Notes: generated from the letters alone by a model not told the origin. A stretch of DNA of 64,000 nucleotides from Candidatus Multivoradales bacterium (GCA_965248055.1 CBDFIJ010000004.1:1376001-1440000), one strand, 5' to 3'. Numbered from the stretch's first letter, positions 47,819 through 58,565 are shown. Numbers and translations are program-made.

Positions 47819-50743
47819 ATGGCGTTTCGGTGGAAATGGAGTGCAACCAAACTACTCGCAGACCTTGAACGATGGGTCGCGCGATGGAAGTCACCCAAAA
47901 TACTAGTGGGGCTAGCGGTGTTCGCATCCCCTCTTTTCTTTGCCCTGTTGATCCACAGTGCGGTTCTGAAGCAGGAAGTCGTCAACACCCATCGAGACGA
48001 ACTGCGGATTCGGGTCGAGGCAAAAGAGGCTTTGACGATTGGCGACTGGCAGGCTCCGAACACTCAATCACTTGATCAGCGAAGACAGGGCTACAGCCCC
48101 GCGGAAGCAGCCTCCTGGTTCAAGAGCATCGGCTCTCGGCGCTTCGGCTATGGACTCAGCCAAATCTTCCTGGATACCCCTTTGGCTGGGCTCTACGCGA
48201 CTTTGATGCTCTTTTGGTTAATCCACTGTGGTGAGGGTTCATTTGAACGACGACCAGCACTACGTTGGTTTCTAGTCGCGCCGATTTGCGCCGGTGTTTT
48301 CGACATTTTGGAGAACCTCTCCACAGCGAGCCTCGCCTTCTTGGAAAACGACTCCGTATGGCTTGCAAAAGCTGCCTCGCTGGCGACTGTGACCAAGTGG
48401 CTGTGCCTGGGGATCGTTCTGTTGGCGATGCTAACCTTGGGGAGACACACCCTGAAGGCGCTTGTCCATGGACTGGTGCTGATGCGTGTGCCCTTGACCA
48501 TGGCTGCGATTCTGATCTTGCTACCAGTCCTCGCGGTGTCCGGGCCTGCGGCAGTGCGCAGTGTCGTCTATGGGTTGGGTGGTTGGGGACTTTTTGGATC
48601 GGCTCTGCTCACGACCCTCACCGCAGGATTGGTGGCCCACACAGGTGTCCTAATTTGGGAGCGGGCGCCGGTACGCTTCCACGCTGAGGAGTTCTGGGTA
48701 CTGCGAGCGGGGCCATTGAGGGTGCTCTTGCAAAGCTGGTTGGTCGCGAGTCTTGCGGTTCCCCTGGTTGCACTTATGAGTACAACAAAAGCAGAAGGCT
48801 CGTCTGCTTGGCCGGGAATCGCAGGTCTCGTTGTTGCTGGCTTAATTTTAATCGCTATCGTCTGGCTACATGCCATCTTACGACCTCGACTGGTCGGATG
48901 GCTTCAGCGACTTCGCCGAGTACCAACCCCTTCCTCCAACACCATTCGTGCCCTTCTCGGGCCAGGATACTCGTCCGAGAGTTTGCAAGGCGACGCTCGG
49001 TGGCGCCTGGGTCACCTCTATTCGACTCTTCTGTTGTTCACCCTGCTGTTTATCTACGCAGTGGTCGGTACACTCGGCGACCCTGGCAACGACTTTCACC
49101 TTCCAGCGCTAGTCTTCATCCTATTGTTGGTAATGGTTCTTGGCTCACTTTTGTCAGGACTAACGTTCTTTCTCGACCGCTACCGTGTCCCATTGTCGTT
49201 GGCACTCTTCGTTTGGCTGGCGTTGGTCGGAGTCTTGCGCCCACGGCCTCACACGGTCTTGGTTGCAGAGCCGGCGCCAAGGCAAACAGGTGAGGGTCGG
49301 AATTCCAGCGACCTCGACTGGCTATTGCTGGGTACTGATCCGGTTGATGCCGCGGCCAAGCGGCTACAACAAGCAACGCAGGGCTCGAATCGCCCCGTGC
49401 TGACAGTGGTAACAGCAGCCGGTGGCGGAATCCAGGCATCGGCGTGGACAACTAGGGTGCTAACTGGGCTCCAGAAATCTATCGGTAACGAATTCACCAG
49501 ATCTATCCACTTGATTAGTGCCGTCTCAGGGGGATCAACTGGATCCTATCTGTTCGCTGAGAGCTTCAACAGCGACCTCGGAGCACCTCCAGACGATCTC
49601 CTGGAGAAAATATTCGACACCTCAATGGAACCGAGCCTCGCCGAAGCTGGATGGGGCCTCGCTTTTGCCGATGTTCTAAGGTCGTTTGTCCCTTTCACGA
49701 TTTCCGACAAAGAACTCCATCGCGATCGAGGCTGGGCGATGGAGCAAGCCTGGCGCGAGGACGCCTTGGAACTGAAGCGTGCGGCCGAATGCGGCGACCG
49801 TTGCTCGGCACAACAGTCAGCCGCAATCAAGGGATCCTCGCTCGCGCAGTGGGCGCAGAAAGCGGAAAACGGATCACTGCCCGGGATTATCCTCAACTCA
49901 ACTATCGTTGACGATGGTCAGCAGGCGTTGTTTTCCAACCTCAACTTGTGCCGTTTGCAGGAGGTACAAAGGCAACCATTCAAAGGACGGAGTCAGAAAG
50001 TTTCGGACCCATCGCTGCGTCGCCATTTCCCCGATCCTGGGAGTATCAACACCAGAAAGACCAACTGCCCCAACAGCTCGGACGGGCGAGGTCTACCGAA
50101 CCTGGACGCTTCAACCGCCGCTCGACTCTCTGCAACCTTTCCCTGGGTCAGTCCGGTAGCGCGCATTGATTTGCATCCAGATGACAAGCTCAGCGGCCCT
50201 GGATACCATTTTGCCGACGGTGGCTACTTCGACAATTTCGGGACCATGGCGGCGATTCAGTGGTTACGGCTGCTGGCCCACGACAACCGTGCCCCACTTT
50301 CCAGTTACGACGCCATTTTGTTCATTGAGATCAACGCTTTTCCCCAACGGCCGGATCTACCCCCAGACACCCGCCGTTCGGGCTTGTTGTACAGTTTCCT
50401 CGGACCGCTGAAAACAATGCTGGAAGTTCAGACCTCCAGCCAGCTCAGCCGTGGGCTACTGGAACTTGACTTAGTGCGAAACGAGATCACCCACATACTT
50501 GCGGAAAACGCACTCGCAACCGGTTCACAATCACCAACACTGCACTTTTTCGAATTTCGCCCACCCGAGACCTACCTCCACGATCCGCCTCTGTCGTGGA
50601 AACTATCAGGCCCGGAGCAAACCGCATTGACAGAAGCGTGGAATGCAAATGCCACCCAGGATCAAGTCTGCCGAGTTGATGCGCTGTTCTCCGGTAGTCA
50701 AGGGACGTTGAATTGTGACAACAGAATTCCCGCTACCGGATAG
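47819..50743 (+). CDS. Multi-pass membrane protein with C-terminal patatin-like phospholipase domain
   Basis: AAGGGIQA, SAVSGGSTG, SATFPWVSP, DGGYFDNFG. Confidence 0.85.
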   Translation: MAFRWKWSATKLLADLERWVARWKSPKILVGLAVFASPLFFALLIHSAVLKQEVVNTHRDELRIRVEAKEALTIGDWQAPNTQSLDQRRQGYSPAEAASWFKSIGSRRFGYGLSQIFLDTPLAGLYATLMLFWLIHCGEGSFERRPALRWFLVAPICAGVFDILENLSTASLAFLENDSVWLAKAASLATVTKWLCLGIVLLAMLTLGRHTLKALVHGLVLMRVPLTMAAILILLPVLAVSGPAAVRSVVYGLGGWGLFGSALLTTLTAGLVAHTGVLIWERAPVRFHAEEFWVLRAGPLRVLLQSWLVASLAVPLVALMSTTKAEGSSAWPGIAGLVVAGLILIAIVWLHAILRPRLVGWLQRLRRVPTPSSNTIRALLGPGYSSESLQGDARWRLGHLYSTLLLFTLLFIYAVVGTLGDPGNDFHLPALVFILLLVMVLGSLLSGLTFFLDRYRVPLSLALFVWLALVGVLRPRPHTVLVAEPAPRQTGEGRNSSDLDWLLLGTDPVDAAAKRLQQATQGSNRPVLTVVTAAGGGIQASAWTTRVLTGLQKSIGNEFTRSIHLISAVSGGSTGSYLFAESFNSDLGAPPDDLLEKIFDTSMEPSLAEAGWGLAFADVLRSFVPFTISDKELHRDRGWAMEQAWREDALELKRAAECGDRCSAQQSAAIKGSSLAQWAQKAENGSLPGIILNSTIVDDGQQALFSNLNLCRLQEVQRQPFKGRSQKVSDPSLRRHFPDPGSINTRKTNCPNSSDGRGLPNLDASTAARLSATFPWVSPVARIDLHPDDKLSGPGYHFADGGYFDNFGTMAAIQWLRLLAHDNRAPLSSYDAILFIEINAFPQRPDLPPDTRRSGLLYSFLGPLKTMLEVQTSSQLSRGLLELDLVRNEITHILAENALATGSQSPTLHFFEFRPPETYLHDPPLSWKLSGPEQTALTEAWNANATQDQVCRVDALFSGSQGTLNCDNRIPATG

Positions 50744-50915
50744 GGGATATCGCGGTATTTCGGATGTCGCAAAGCTAGCGAACGGCAGATTCTCGCAACC
50801 GGCCGGTATAGATCTTCGATCTGTTGCCGCCATTGTTCTTTGGTTGGTCGTTGCAGAAGCCCATCTCCTGACTTATAAGACGCCCGAACCGGGTATTTTC
50901 GTCACTCGAAATCGG

Positions 50916-51332
50916 CTACAACTGATAGAGCATCCAATACACCACCACGCCAGTGACCGAAACGTAGATCCAGATCGGTAGTGCCCAGCGGGCGATGCGG
51001 CGGTGACGAACAAAGTCTTGGCGAAAGGCCATGGTCAAGACTACGGCGGCGAAGAACGGCACCAGGGCTGCCAGAGCGCTATGGGTGGCAAGGATGGTGA
51101 GGTAGACAGTGCGAATCCAACCGGTACCTTGGAACTTCACCGAGCCGACGTTGTAGTGGTAGGTGAGGTAAGAAATCAGAAAGAGGACGGAGCAGGCAGA
51201 AGCGGTGAGCATGGCCACTTGGTGGCGACCAGTTTGGCGACGCAGAATGAATCGCCATCCGGCGATCAAGCAAACCAAAGAAATCGTGTTGAGGCCAGCG
51301 TTGATGGCTGGTAAGTCGGTGACGTCAAACAT
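50916..51332 (-). CDS. DUF420-family membrane protein
   Basis: LPAINAGLN..H..AM, HRRIARWALPIWIYVSVTGVVVY. Confidence 0.9.
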   Translation of the reverse strand: MFDVTDLPAINAGLNTISLVCLIAGWRFILRRQTGRHQVAMLTASACSVLFLISYLTYHYNVGSVKFQGTGWIRTVYLTILATHSALAALVPFFAAVVLTMAFRQDFVRHRRIARWALPIWIYVSVTGVVVYWMLYQL

Positions 51333-51360
51333 GCGTCGCCGGGTGAAGCCCCGTAGGAGC

Positions 51361-52176
51361 CTAGGCCGCTAGTCCTTCGACCGCAGCTTCTTCTACGTCT
51401 TCGACTTCCGGCTCAGGTAGCGGTTCGGGCTTGGGAGCCTTTTCAGCCAGCCAAGCATCGAACTCCTCTTGAGTTTCCACTGTCAAGAAACCCCGCATCC
51501 GGTAGTGACCCAAGCCACAAAGTTGAGCGCAGGCAATCTCCCAGCGATCATCGCCATTGGTCATCACTGGTTTGAAATCAATCGGAACCTGTTGCCCCGG
51601 AATTGCGTCCTGCTTGACCCGCATGGTCGGCAGACCAAAGCTGTGGATCACGTCCTTGGAAGAGAGCAAGATCGAAACTGTTTGATCGACCGGCAAGTGC
51701 AACTGGTTGATGCTGACAATGTCGTCGGTAGAGAAAGGATCCTCCGGGTCAAGACCGATCGGATTGCTGGCATTGATCAAGTTGATGTCACCGCGACCAA
51801 ATATCCCGTCAGCTCCCGGATAGTGCACGTTCCAAGCGAACTGCTCGGCGACCACCCGGACTTGCAGCGGGTTTTCTGCCGCATCCGGAACCTTGACCCA
51901 GTTAGCCCAGGCCGGAATGGCGAAAAACAGCAGGATCACCGCTTCGGCGGCGGCCACCGCAATTTCGACCCAGGTCGAGTAATGCTTGGTGGTCCCAGCA
52001 TAGCTAGCCGTGGGGTTTTTCTTGGCGCGAAAACGCCACAGCACGTATAGGAAATAGATTCCCCAACCAACAAACAAAATCGCCATCAGCCAATGCAGGT
52101 AGGCGTTCATCTGGTCCAAAGCTGGACCGTGCTCCGAAGCGTTGGGTGGCATCCAACGGGCGAGAAACTCCCTCAT
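51361..52176 (-). CDS. coxB: Cytochrome c oxidase subunit II
   Basis: AEQFAW, SKDVIHSF, KQDAIPG, CuA motif CAQLCGLGHYRM. Confidence 0.93.
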   Translation of the reverse strand: MREFLARWMPPNASEHGPALDQMNAYLHWLMAILFVGWGIYFLYVLWRFRAKKNPTASYAGTTKHYSTWVEIAVAAAEAVILLFFAIPAWANWVKVPDAAENPLQVRVVAEQFAWNVHYPGADGIFGRGDINLINASNPIGLDPEDPFSTDDIVSINQLHLPVDQTVSILLSSKDVIHSFGLPTMRVKQDAIPGQQVPIDFKPVMTNGDDRWEIACAQLCGLGHYRMRGFLTVETQEEFDAWLAEKAPKPEPLPEPEVEDVEEAAVEGLAA

Positions 52177-52177
52177 C

Positions 52178-52450
52178 TCAAGCTCCTTTGCTGACCTTCT
52201 GAGTATTGGCCTTCGGGTGGTCATCGTCAACCAACCGCTGGTCGCGGGTGCGACGGCGAAACTGAACAAACATGGCGACAAAACCAACTTGGACGGTACC
52301 GATAATGGATAGCAGGACCAAGATCGCGCGATTCAAGCCCTTGGCCTGAGCTGAGTCAGGATCGCTATAGCAAACCGCACAACCCCAAGCCTGGGCGGGC
52401 ACCGCCAAATAAATCGCCAGGAGAACCAAGATCACCAGTCCTCTTTTCAT
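52178..52450 (-). CDS. Small CxxC membrane protein of the oxidase cluster
   Basis: Signal, GCAVCY, one TM segment. Confidence 0.65.
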   Translation of the reverse strand: MKRGLVILVLLAIYLAVPAQAWGCAVCYSDPDSAQAKGLNRAILVLLSIIGTVQVGFVAMFVQFRRRTRDQRLVDDDHPKANTQKVSKGA

Positions 52451-52650
52451 CCGTCCATTTCCTTGACCTTGGTCCAAAACCGAGGTGCGTAGACGGCTAA
52501 CAAGATTCCTAACGCGAGAAACACCACCGCAATCATCAATCCTGAGATCTCACCGTTGTGTTGATATTGAGAAAAACCCCAAATTCCAACCAAGATGGAC
52601 AGCGCCATCGAACAGGCGATAAAGATCAAGTGGACAATTTTTAGCGACAT
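52447..52650 (-). CDS. Small two-TM protein of the oxidase cluster
   Basis: MSLKIVHLIFI; ATGA overlap with the next gene. Confidence 0.65.
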   Translation of the reverse strand: MSLKIVHLIFIACSMALSILVGIWGFSQYQHNGEISGLMIAVVFLALGILLAVYAPRFWTKVKEMDG

Positions 52651-52658
52651 TTTGCTAG

Positions 52659-52964
52659 CTAGCCAATGGCCGTGCTATTGGCAACGAAGCCCGAAGGCAG
52701 AATCATCAGCATGATGAAAAAGATCGCGGTCAGCAGCAATAGCCAATAGATGGCTTTCTGCGCGTGCGACAGATGCATGAACACCAGGGCCACCAATGAT
52801 CCCTTGACCGCAGCAATCGCTAACGCGATCGCAATCGCAGGACCGATCGAAATATCGAGATAGCTGGCCAATACCGTCACTACGGTAAGGATTGCCAAGG
52901 CGCCGAAAACCAACAAATACACTTTGACTTGTTTTTGGACGGCTGCTGCATCGTGTGAACTCAT
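52659..52964 (-). CDS. Cytochrome c oxidase subunit IV family protein
   Basis: YLLVFGALAILT..KGSLVALVFMHL. Confidence 0.88.
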   Translation of the reverse strand: MSSHDAAAVQKQVKVYLLVFGALAILTVVTVLASYLDISIGPAIAIALAIAAVKGSLVALVFMHLSHAQKAIYWLLLLTAIFFIMLMILPSGFVANSTAIG

Positions 52965-53029
52965 GGTTTCTCCGTATTCTCTAGCTACTATTCCCTAAGA
53001 TCCCGTCTTCCAACTTAACCGTCCCCGAA

Positions 53030-53620
53030 TTACAGCAAGTAGAGAGTCGGAAACAAGAAAATCCAAACTAGATCAACAAAATGCCAGTAGAGACCAGCAA
53101 CCTCGACCCGGTTGGTAAAGCGCTCCGGCTCGGTCTTCCACATCTTGGCGCCCGGTCCCCAAAGATAACCATTGACGATCAAACCGCCGATGACGTGCAG
53201 CGCGTGCAATCCGGTCATGGTGAAATAGATCGCCAGGAAATTGTTGGTTGAGGGATAGAGATGGTGTCCGAACTTAGTGCTGTACTCGATCGCCTTAATC
53301 ACCATGAAGCCAAAGGCACAGATAATCGTCAGCCCCATCCACAGCCGATAGCGGCTAAAACGGCCTAGTTTTAAGGCTGCCCAAGACATCACCATGGTGA
53401 CACTCGAACCGATCAGGACCAAAGTGTTCAAAGTCGCTAGAGGAACGTTGAGAATCTCTTGTGCATTAGGCCAGCTCTCGGCTCCAGTCCGCAACAAGAT
53501 CAGCGAAGAAAACAGCGCACCAAAGAGCATGACTTCGGAGGCGAGAAACAACCAGATACCAAACTTGGCGTTGTACAGACCGGTGTCCGGCCTCGGCTCA
53601 ACGATATGTGGGATCTGCAT
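53030..53620 (-). CDS. coxC: Cytochrome c oxidase subunit III
   Basis: GIWLFLASEVMLF, TGLHALHV, GLYWHFVDLVWIFLF. Confidence 0.95.
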   Translation of the reverse strand: MQIPHIVEPRPDTGLYNAKFGIWLFLASEVMLFGALFSSLILLRTGAESWPNAQEILNVPLATLNTLVLIGSSVTMVMSWAALKLGRFSRYRLWMGLTIICAFGFMVIKAIEYSTKFGHHLYPSTNNFLAIYFTMTGLHALHVIGGLIVNGYLWGPGAKMWKTEPERFTNRVEVAGLYWHFVDLVWIFLFPTLYLL

Positions 53621-55383
53621 TACGCGCCCTCCTCAGATTGCCCAGGTTCAAATTGGGGCGTGAAGTCGCTCGCGTCCCCAGGGACGCTGTACTCGTAGGG
53701 ACCACGATATGCCACAGGTTGGGTAACGAAGTTGCCATGTCTAACAGGGGGAGACGGTGACAACCACTCAAGCGTTGTCGCTCCCCAGGGATTGGCATCC
53801 ACTTTCTTACCGCCTTTGATACTGATGAAGAAGTTGATCATGAACGGTATTTGGGCGATCAACAAGGCGAAAGCTCCGTAGGACATCAAGCTATTGAGCC
53901 CCAGATACTCCTGCGCGTGGGCGTACTGCTGGCCACCGTCGTAGAGCCGCCTCGATATCCCTGCCAAGCCCTGAATAAACATCGGCATGAAGATGACATT
54001 GATGGCGATGAAGGAAGGCCAGAAATGTAGCTTGCCAAGAAAATCATTGAGCTTGCGCCCAGTGACCTTGGGGTACCAGTAGTAGATGCCAGCAAAAATC
54101 GCGAAAATCGTACCCGGCGCCACCACGTAGTGAAAATGACCGATCACGTAGTAGGTGTCGTGCAGATGGATGTCGGTGGCCCCAAGGCCCAGTGGCAGCC
54201 CGGTTAGTCCGCCGATGGCGAACATCGGCAGAAAGGCTAGAGCAAACAACATCGGCGTGGTAAATCGAATCGACGCTCCCCACAGAGAGATCAGCAGTGC
54301 GGTCAAAATAATCACTGAGGGAATCGAAATGATCATCGTTGTGGTCTGGAAAAACGATGAGATGGTGGTGCCCATGCCCGTGAGAAACATGTGATGGGCC
54401 CAGACGATGAACGACATGAAGCCTAGAAACACACCGGCAAATACCATCGATCGGTAGCCCCAAAGCGGCTTGCGGGTGTTGTTGGCAATCACTTCGGCGA
54501 CGATCCCCATCGCCGGCAAAATCAGCACATAGACCTCAGGATGGGCGAGAAACCAAAACAGATGCTGCCACAAGAGTGGGCTGCCGCCACCGGCGACATC
54601 CAATACCTGACCAGACACCACCAAGCCCGAGGGCAGGAAGAAGCTGGTACCCGCCAGTCGATCCATTAATTGCAAAACCCCGGCAGCTTCCAGCGGCGGA
54701 AAAGCCAAGACCAACAAGAAGGAGGTCACCAACTGGCACCAGATGAAATAGGGCAAGCGCATCATGGTCATACCGGGCGCTCGCAGTTGAAAAATCGTTA
54801 CGATGATGTTCATCGAACCGAGTAGGGACGAGGTAATCAAAGCCACCATGCCAAACAACCACCATGTTTGGCCGGTGGTTGCGATATCTGAAAGCGGTGG
54901 GTAGGAAGTCCAACCTGAATTGGCAGCTCCGCCAGGTACGAAGAAGCTGCAAAACATCACCACTCCGCCGACAAAGTAGGCCCAGTAGCTAACCATATTG
55001 AGCTTGGGGAAAGCCATATCCGGGGCGCCGATCTGGAGCGGCACCACGTAGTTGCCAAACGCGCCCACCAACAAAGGCACTACTGCCAAGAACACCATGA
55101 TGGTGCCGTGCATTGCGCCGAGTTGGTTATAGAACTCCGGTAAGACGATACCGCCCGGTGCGTTCGCTTCACCCAGCAAGGCGCCGACGATCGGCACTGC
55201 TTTACCGGGAAACGCCAGTTGCCAGCGCATCACCAGCATCAAGCTGAAGCCAAACAGCATGAACAGCAAAGCGGTGATCCCGTACTGGATCCCGATGACT
55301 TTATGGTCTTGGGAAAAGATGTACTTGCGCCAGAAAGGCTCTATTACGTGGTCGGACGTTGGGTCCGCGTGATGTTCGCTCAT
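53620..55383 (-). CDS. coxA: Cytochrome c oxidase subunit I (A1-type)
   Basis: DHKVIG, MHGTIM, FWFLAHPEVY, VWAHHM, HDTYYVIGHFHYV. Confidence 0.96.
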   Translation of the reverse strand: MSEHHADPTSDHVIEPFWRKYIFSQDHKVIGIQYGITALLFMLFGFSLMLVMRWQLAFPGKAVPIVGALLGEANAPGGIVLPEFYNQLGAMHGTIMVFLAVVPLLVGAFGNYVVPLQIGAPDMAFPKLNMVSYWAYFVGGVVMFCSFFVPGGAANSGWTSYPPLSDIATTGQTWWLFGMVALITSSLLGSMNIIVTIFQLRAPGMTMMRLPYFIWCQLVTSFLLVLAFPPLEAAGVLQLMDRLAGTSFFLPSGLVVSGQVLDVAGGGSPLLWQHLFWFLAHPEVYVLILPAMGIVAEVIANNTRKPLWGYRSMVFAGVFLGFMSFIVWAHHMFLTGMGTTISSFFQTTTMIISIPSVIILTALLISLWGASIRFTTPMLFALAFLPMFAIGGLTGLPLGLGATDIHLHDTYYVIGHFHYVVAPGTIFAIFAGIYYWYPKVTGRKLNDFLGKLHFWPSFIAINVIFMPMFIQGLAGISRRLYDGGQQYAHAQEYLGLNSLMSYGAFALLIAQIPFMINFFISIKGGKKVDANPWGATTLEWLSPSPPVRHGNFVTQPVAYRGPYEYSVPGDASDFTPQFEPGQSEEGA

Positions 55384-55486
55384 CCACCTCCTCCTGATCG
55401 CGCCGTCTGTTGCGGGCCTCGATCAAGGAGGCTCCGACTCGCAATACTCGGCGAGTTTATGACACTGCCTTGGGTGACGGCAAAAC

Positions 55487-56014
55487 CTATTTCGACTTCC
55501 GCCCGGAAAACACTTGAATCATGACTCCGACAGCAGCTATGCCGAGCAAAACCAGGGGCTGATAGGCAGTGCCGCCACCCAAGGCTTCGAGGATCAATGC
55601 AGCTCCCGCAACCGACGACAGTACCGCCAATCCGAGCTTGAACACACCGCGACCCAGTAACAAACCGACCACCGCACCCACGGCCACCGCAAGCCAACCG
55701 AGGCCGCTGACCTGATACCCGGCATTGGACAGCAACCAAAAAACTGAGAACCCGCCGACCCCAGCGCCGACCAATCCGACTCCGACTTTCTGCACCAACA
55801 AAGCTAACCCAGCCGCGAGGAGACCGACCAAGCCGGCAACTCCCAGACGCAGCTCCAATCCCAAGTCAGGCAGAGAGCTCTGGACCAGAGAGAAGGCGAC
55901 AAAGAAGCCGACCACGGCAGCCAACAGCCAAAGCAACCGCTTTCCGGTCACCAGCAGGACGACCCCAACGATGAAAAACGCAATCAAGAACGGGTCTTGC
56001 AAGAACTCAAACAT
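55487..56014 (-). CDS. DUF4203/TMEM198-like membrane protein
   Basis: Very hydrophobic Gly-rich; GVVLLVTGKRL, SSVAGAALI. Confidence 0.7.
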   Translation of the reverse strand: MFEFLQDPFLIAFFIVGVVLLVTGKRLLWLLAAVVGFFVAFSLVQSSLPDLGLELRLGVAGLVGLLAAGLALLVQKVGVGLVGAGVGGFSVFWLLSNAGYQVSGLGWLAVAVGAVVGLLLGRGVFKLGLAVLSSVAGAALILEALGGGTAYQPLVLLGIAAVGVMIQVFSGRKSK

Positions 56015-56061
56015 CTTGTCTCCTTCAACTCTCCCAAGTTCCCTGACCCGGCCATTCAAAC

Positions 56062-56724
56062 TTAGCCATCGTTGGCAGACTCGAGGATCGCGATATCCGA
56101 CACCAGTCGGTCAACTCCACCCTCTTCAAACGGGTCGTAGTAGCCGCGGATGGTGAGCGCACGGTCGACCAAGACCAATCGCGTGCTGTGGATAATGGGT
56201 TCATCGGCTGAAGCAGCAACGGCCTGTTCTGACGAATCGAGGCCGAGCTTGAACCCGTTAATCGACAGAGATCGCACTTGCTCAAACTCGCCGGTCAAGA
56301 ACAACCAATCTGTTCCGTCGACCTGATTCGCTCTGGCGTAGTCCGCCAAGACTTCTGGGGTGTCGTATCCAGGGTCGACGCTGATCGACACCTGACGTAC
56401 CTGGCTGGCCGCAGGTAGCTTGGCTTCGACTTGCTTGATCGCTGAAACCATGCGCGGACAACTCAAGGCACAGCGGGTAAAGATAAAGCTGGCAACCCAA
56501 GGACGGCCGCGCAAGGACTGTTCACTAACCTCAGCTCCGGTTTGATCAAGCAGTTGGAACTCGGGAACCACCGACAGGGTCGGCAACGTCTGCTCGACCC
56601 CTGACAAGGCTGCTTCTCGACCGCCAAACCAGCCGCCAAACCAGTCGTTCTGCAGAGCCAAGAAGCCGATCAACACCGCCCCCAACAACAACATCGCCAA
56701 GCGTACGCTGCGCATCATCACCAT
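56062..56724 (-). CDS. SCO-family copper chaperone
   Basis: FIFTRCALSCP, SISVDP.YDTPEVL, HSTRLVLVD. Confidence 0.93.
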   Translation of the reverse strand: MVMMRSVRLAMLLLGAVLIGFLALQNDWFGGWFGGREAALSGVEQTLPTLSVVPEFQLLDQTGAEVSEQSLRGRPWVASFIFTRCALSCPRMVSAIKQVEAKLPAASQVRQVSISVDPGYDTPEVLADYARANQVDGTDWLFLTGEFEQVRSLSINGFKLGLDSSEQAVAASADEPIIHSTRLVLVDRALTIRGYYDPFEEGGVDRLVSDIAILESANDG

Positions 56725-56735
56725 AAAACAGCCCT

Positions 56736-57593
56736 CTAAATCAGGCGATCAACCACCAGCAACAACAGCACCGCTGGCAGATATCCCACTGAGTAGAGCA
56801 TCAGCTTTCGTGCATTGGGGTTGGAGACCAAAGAGGTGAAAGTCCAGGCGAGCCAGAGAAACCATGCGCCCAGCAGAGCCGCGCCCACGGTGTAGAACAG
56901 GCCACCGAGGTCGAAGAACCAGGGCGCGAGACTCACCAACACCAAGGCAACGGTGAATCCCAAAGTCTGAGCCCCAGTGCGCTTGCCCTCGGGGTCGCCG
57001 ACCGACAGCAACGGCATCCCGGCAGCCTCATACTGATCGCGACAAAGCCAGGCAATGGAATAGGAGTGCGGCATTTGCCAACAGAACAGCAAGCCAAACA
57101 GGATCCAACCTCCCGCCGACAGTTCGCCGGTCGCCGCAACCCAGCCCATCAAGGGTGGAACTGCGCCGGGAATCGTCCCAGCCAAGGTCGCCAACCAGCT
57201 CTTCCGCTTGAGCGGAGTGTAGACAAAAAGATAGGAGGCCCAAGCGATCAGCCCCAAGACCATCACTTTACGATCCAGCAGTGCCAACACAACCACGCCC
57301 ACCACGGTCAGCCAAGAGCCATAGGCCAGCGCCAACTTGGGGGACAAACGCCCAGATGACAAAGGCCGGTTCGCCGTGCGCGGCATCAATTTGTCGAGGT
57401 CGCGCTCTATGTAGTGATTAAACACCGAGGCGCCACCGGAGATGAAAGCCGTCCCCACCACCACCCACAGCAAGCGTTGCCAGGGCAAGAACGAAGCCTC
57501 ACCGAGAACAAACCCGGCGATTGTCGTCATCACCACCAACATGGTGATGTTCGACTTGCCGAGCTCTAGCAGGTCACGAAAAAACGCGATCAC
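56736..57593 (-). CDS. ctaB: Protoheme IX farnesyltransferase (heme O synthase)
   Basis: NHYIERDLDKLMPRTANRPL, YTPLKR, GAVPPLMGW, WQMPH. Confidence 0.95.
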   Translation of the reverse strand: MIAFFRDLLELGKSNITMLVVMTTIAGFVLGEASFLPWQRLLWVVVGTAFISGGASVFNHYIERDLDKLMPRTANRPLSSGRLSPKLALAYGSWLTVVGVVVLALLDRKVMVLGLIAWASYLFVYTPLKRKSWLATLAGTIPGAVPPLMGWVAATGELSAGGWILFGLLFCWQMPHSYSIAWLCRDQYEAAGMPLLSVGDPEGKRTGAQTLGFTVALVLVSLAPWFFDLGGLFYTVGAALLGAWFLWLAWTFTSLVSNPNARKLMLYSVGYLPAVLLLLVVDRLI

Positions 57594-57596
57594 AGG

Positions 57597-58565
57597 CTAG
57601 GCCACCTGCGAGGCAGCATTGGCAGGTGCCGAGCGTACCCTTCGGGGAAACAAGACCGCGGTGTTCGCCGCCAGTAGGATGCTCACTGCGAAGATGCTGG
57701 CCCCCACCGTTACATGAATCGTGTTGGGCAACGGAGCTTTGCCCGACAGCACCACCAGCGCTCCCAAGGTTATCTGGGTCGCCAGTAGAACCAACAAGAC
57801 CCAAGTCGGCCACACCACGCCACGCACTGTTTCGCCTCCTCGTCGTGTTTCCAGCCAGGCCATGACAATCCACACACCCACCACCAGAGCACCCACGCGG
57901 TGCAGGTAGTGAATCGCGATCGGGAAACTCCAATCAGAGGGCAGTAGCCCACCGAAGACCAATGGGAAATCTGGGATTGCTAGCCCGGCTCCACTGTGGC
58001 GCATGATCGCACCGACCAAAACCTGCGCATAAACCGCGAACGGAAGCCACCGTGTGATGCGGCGTGGTCGGTCGCCGTTGTAGGTCGGCCACAGTTCTTG
58101 GGATAGGCGAATCCAACTCTTCGAGGTCACCACAGCAATCAGCGTCACCAAGCATAAGAACAACTGCGCTGTGCCAGCGTGCGCCACCGAAATCGCGGTT
58201 GGCAGGTAGAACAAAACCGTAGTACCACCGAGAAACGCTTGCACCACAACCGTAGCCAGCGCCGCCCATGCCAACCGTTTTACCCAGTCACGACTCTCCG
58301 CGCGATGTATCCAAACTGCTAAGAAAATGGTCATCAAACCAATCGTGCCAGCGATTAACCTATGCCCGTGCTCTGCACGAACGGTCGAAATGCGCCACCA
58401 ATTGGGCGGATTGATTCCACCATAAGAAGTGGGCCAATCGGGTACCGACAACCCGGCTCCAGTGGAGGTCACCAAAGCCCCCGCAGAGATCAACCCGACC
58501 ACCATACAAACCAAGACCACTGCATACTTATGAAGGGAACTGTTGTACTGCGAATTGCCGTGCAT
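57597..58565 (-). CDS. ctaA: Heme A synthase (COX15/CtaA family)
   Basis: GALVTSTGAGLSVPDWP, EHGHRL, HYLHR, conserved His residues. Confidence 0.9.
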   Translation of the reverse strand: MHGNSQYNSSLHKYAVVLVCMVVGLISAGALVTSTGAGLSVPDWPTSYGGINPPNWWRISTVRAEHGHRLIAGTIGLMTIFLAVWIHRAESRDWVKRLAWAALATVVVQAFLGGTTVLFYLPTAISVAHAGTAQLFLCLVTLIAVVTSKSWIRLSQELWPTYNGDRPRRITRWLPFAVYAQVLVGAIMRHSGAGLAIPDFPLVFGGLLPSDWSFPIAIHYLHRVGALVVGVWIVMAWLETRRGGETVRGVVWPTWVLLVLLATQITLGALVVLSGKAPLPNTIHVTVGASIFAVSILLAANTAVLFPRRVRSAPANAASQVA

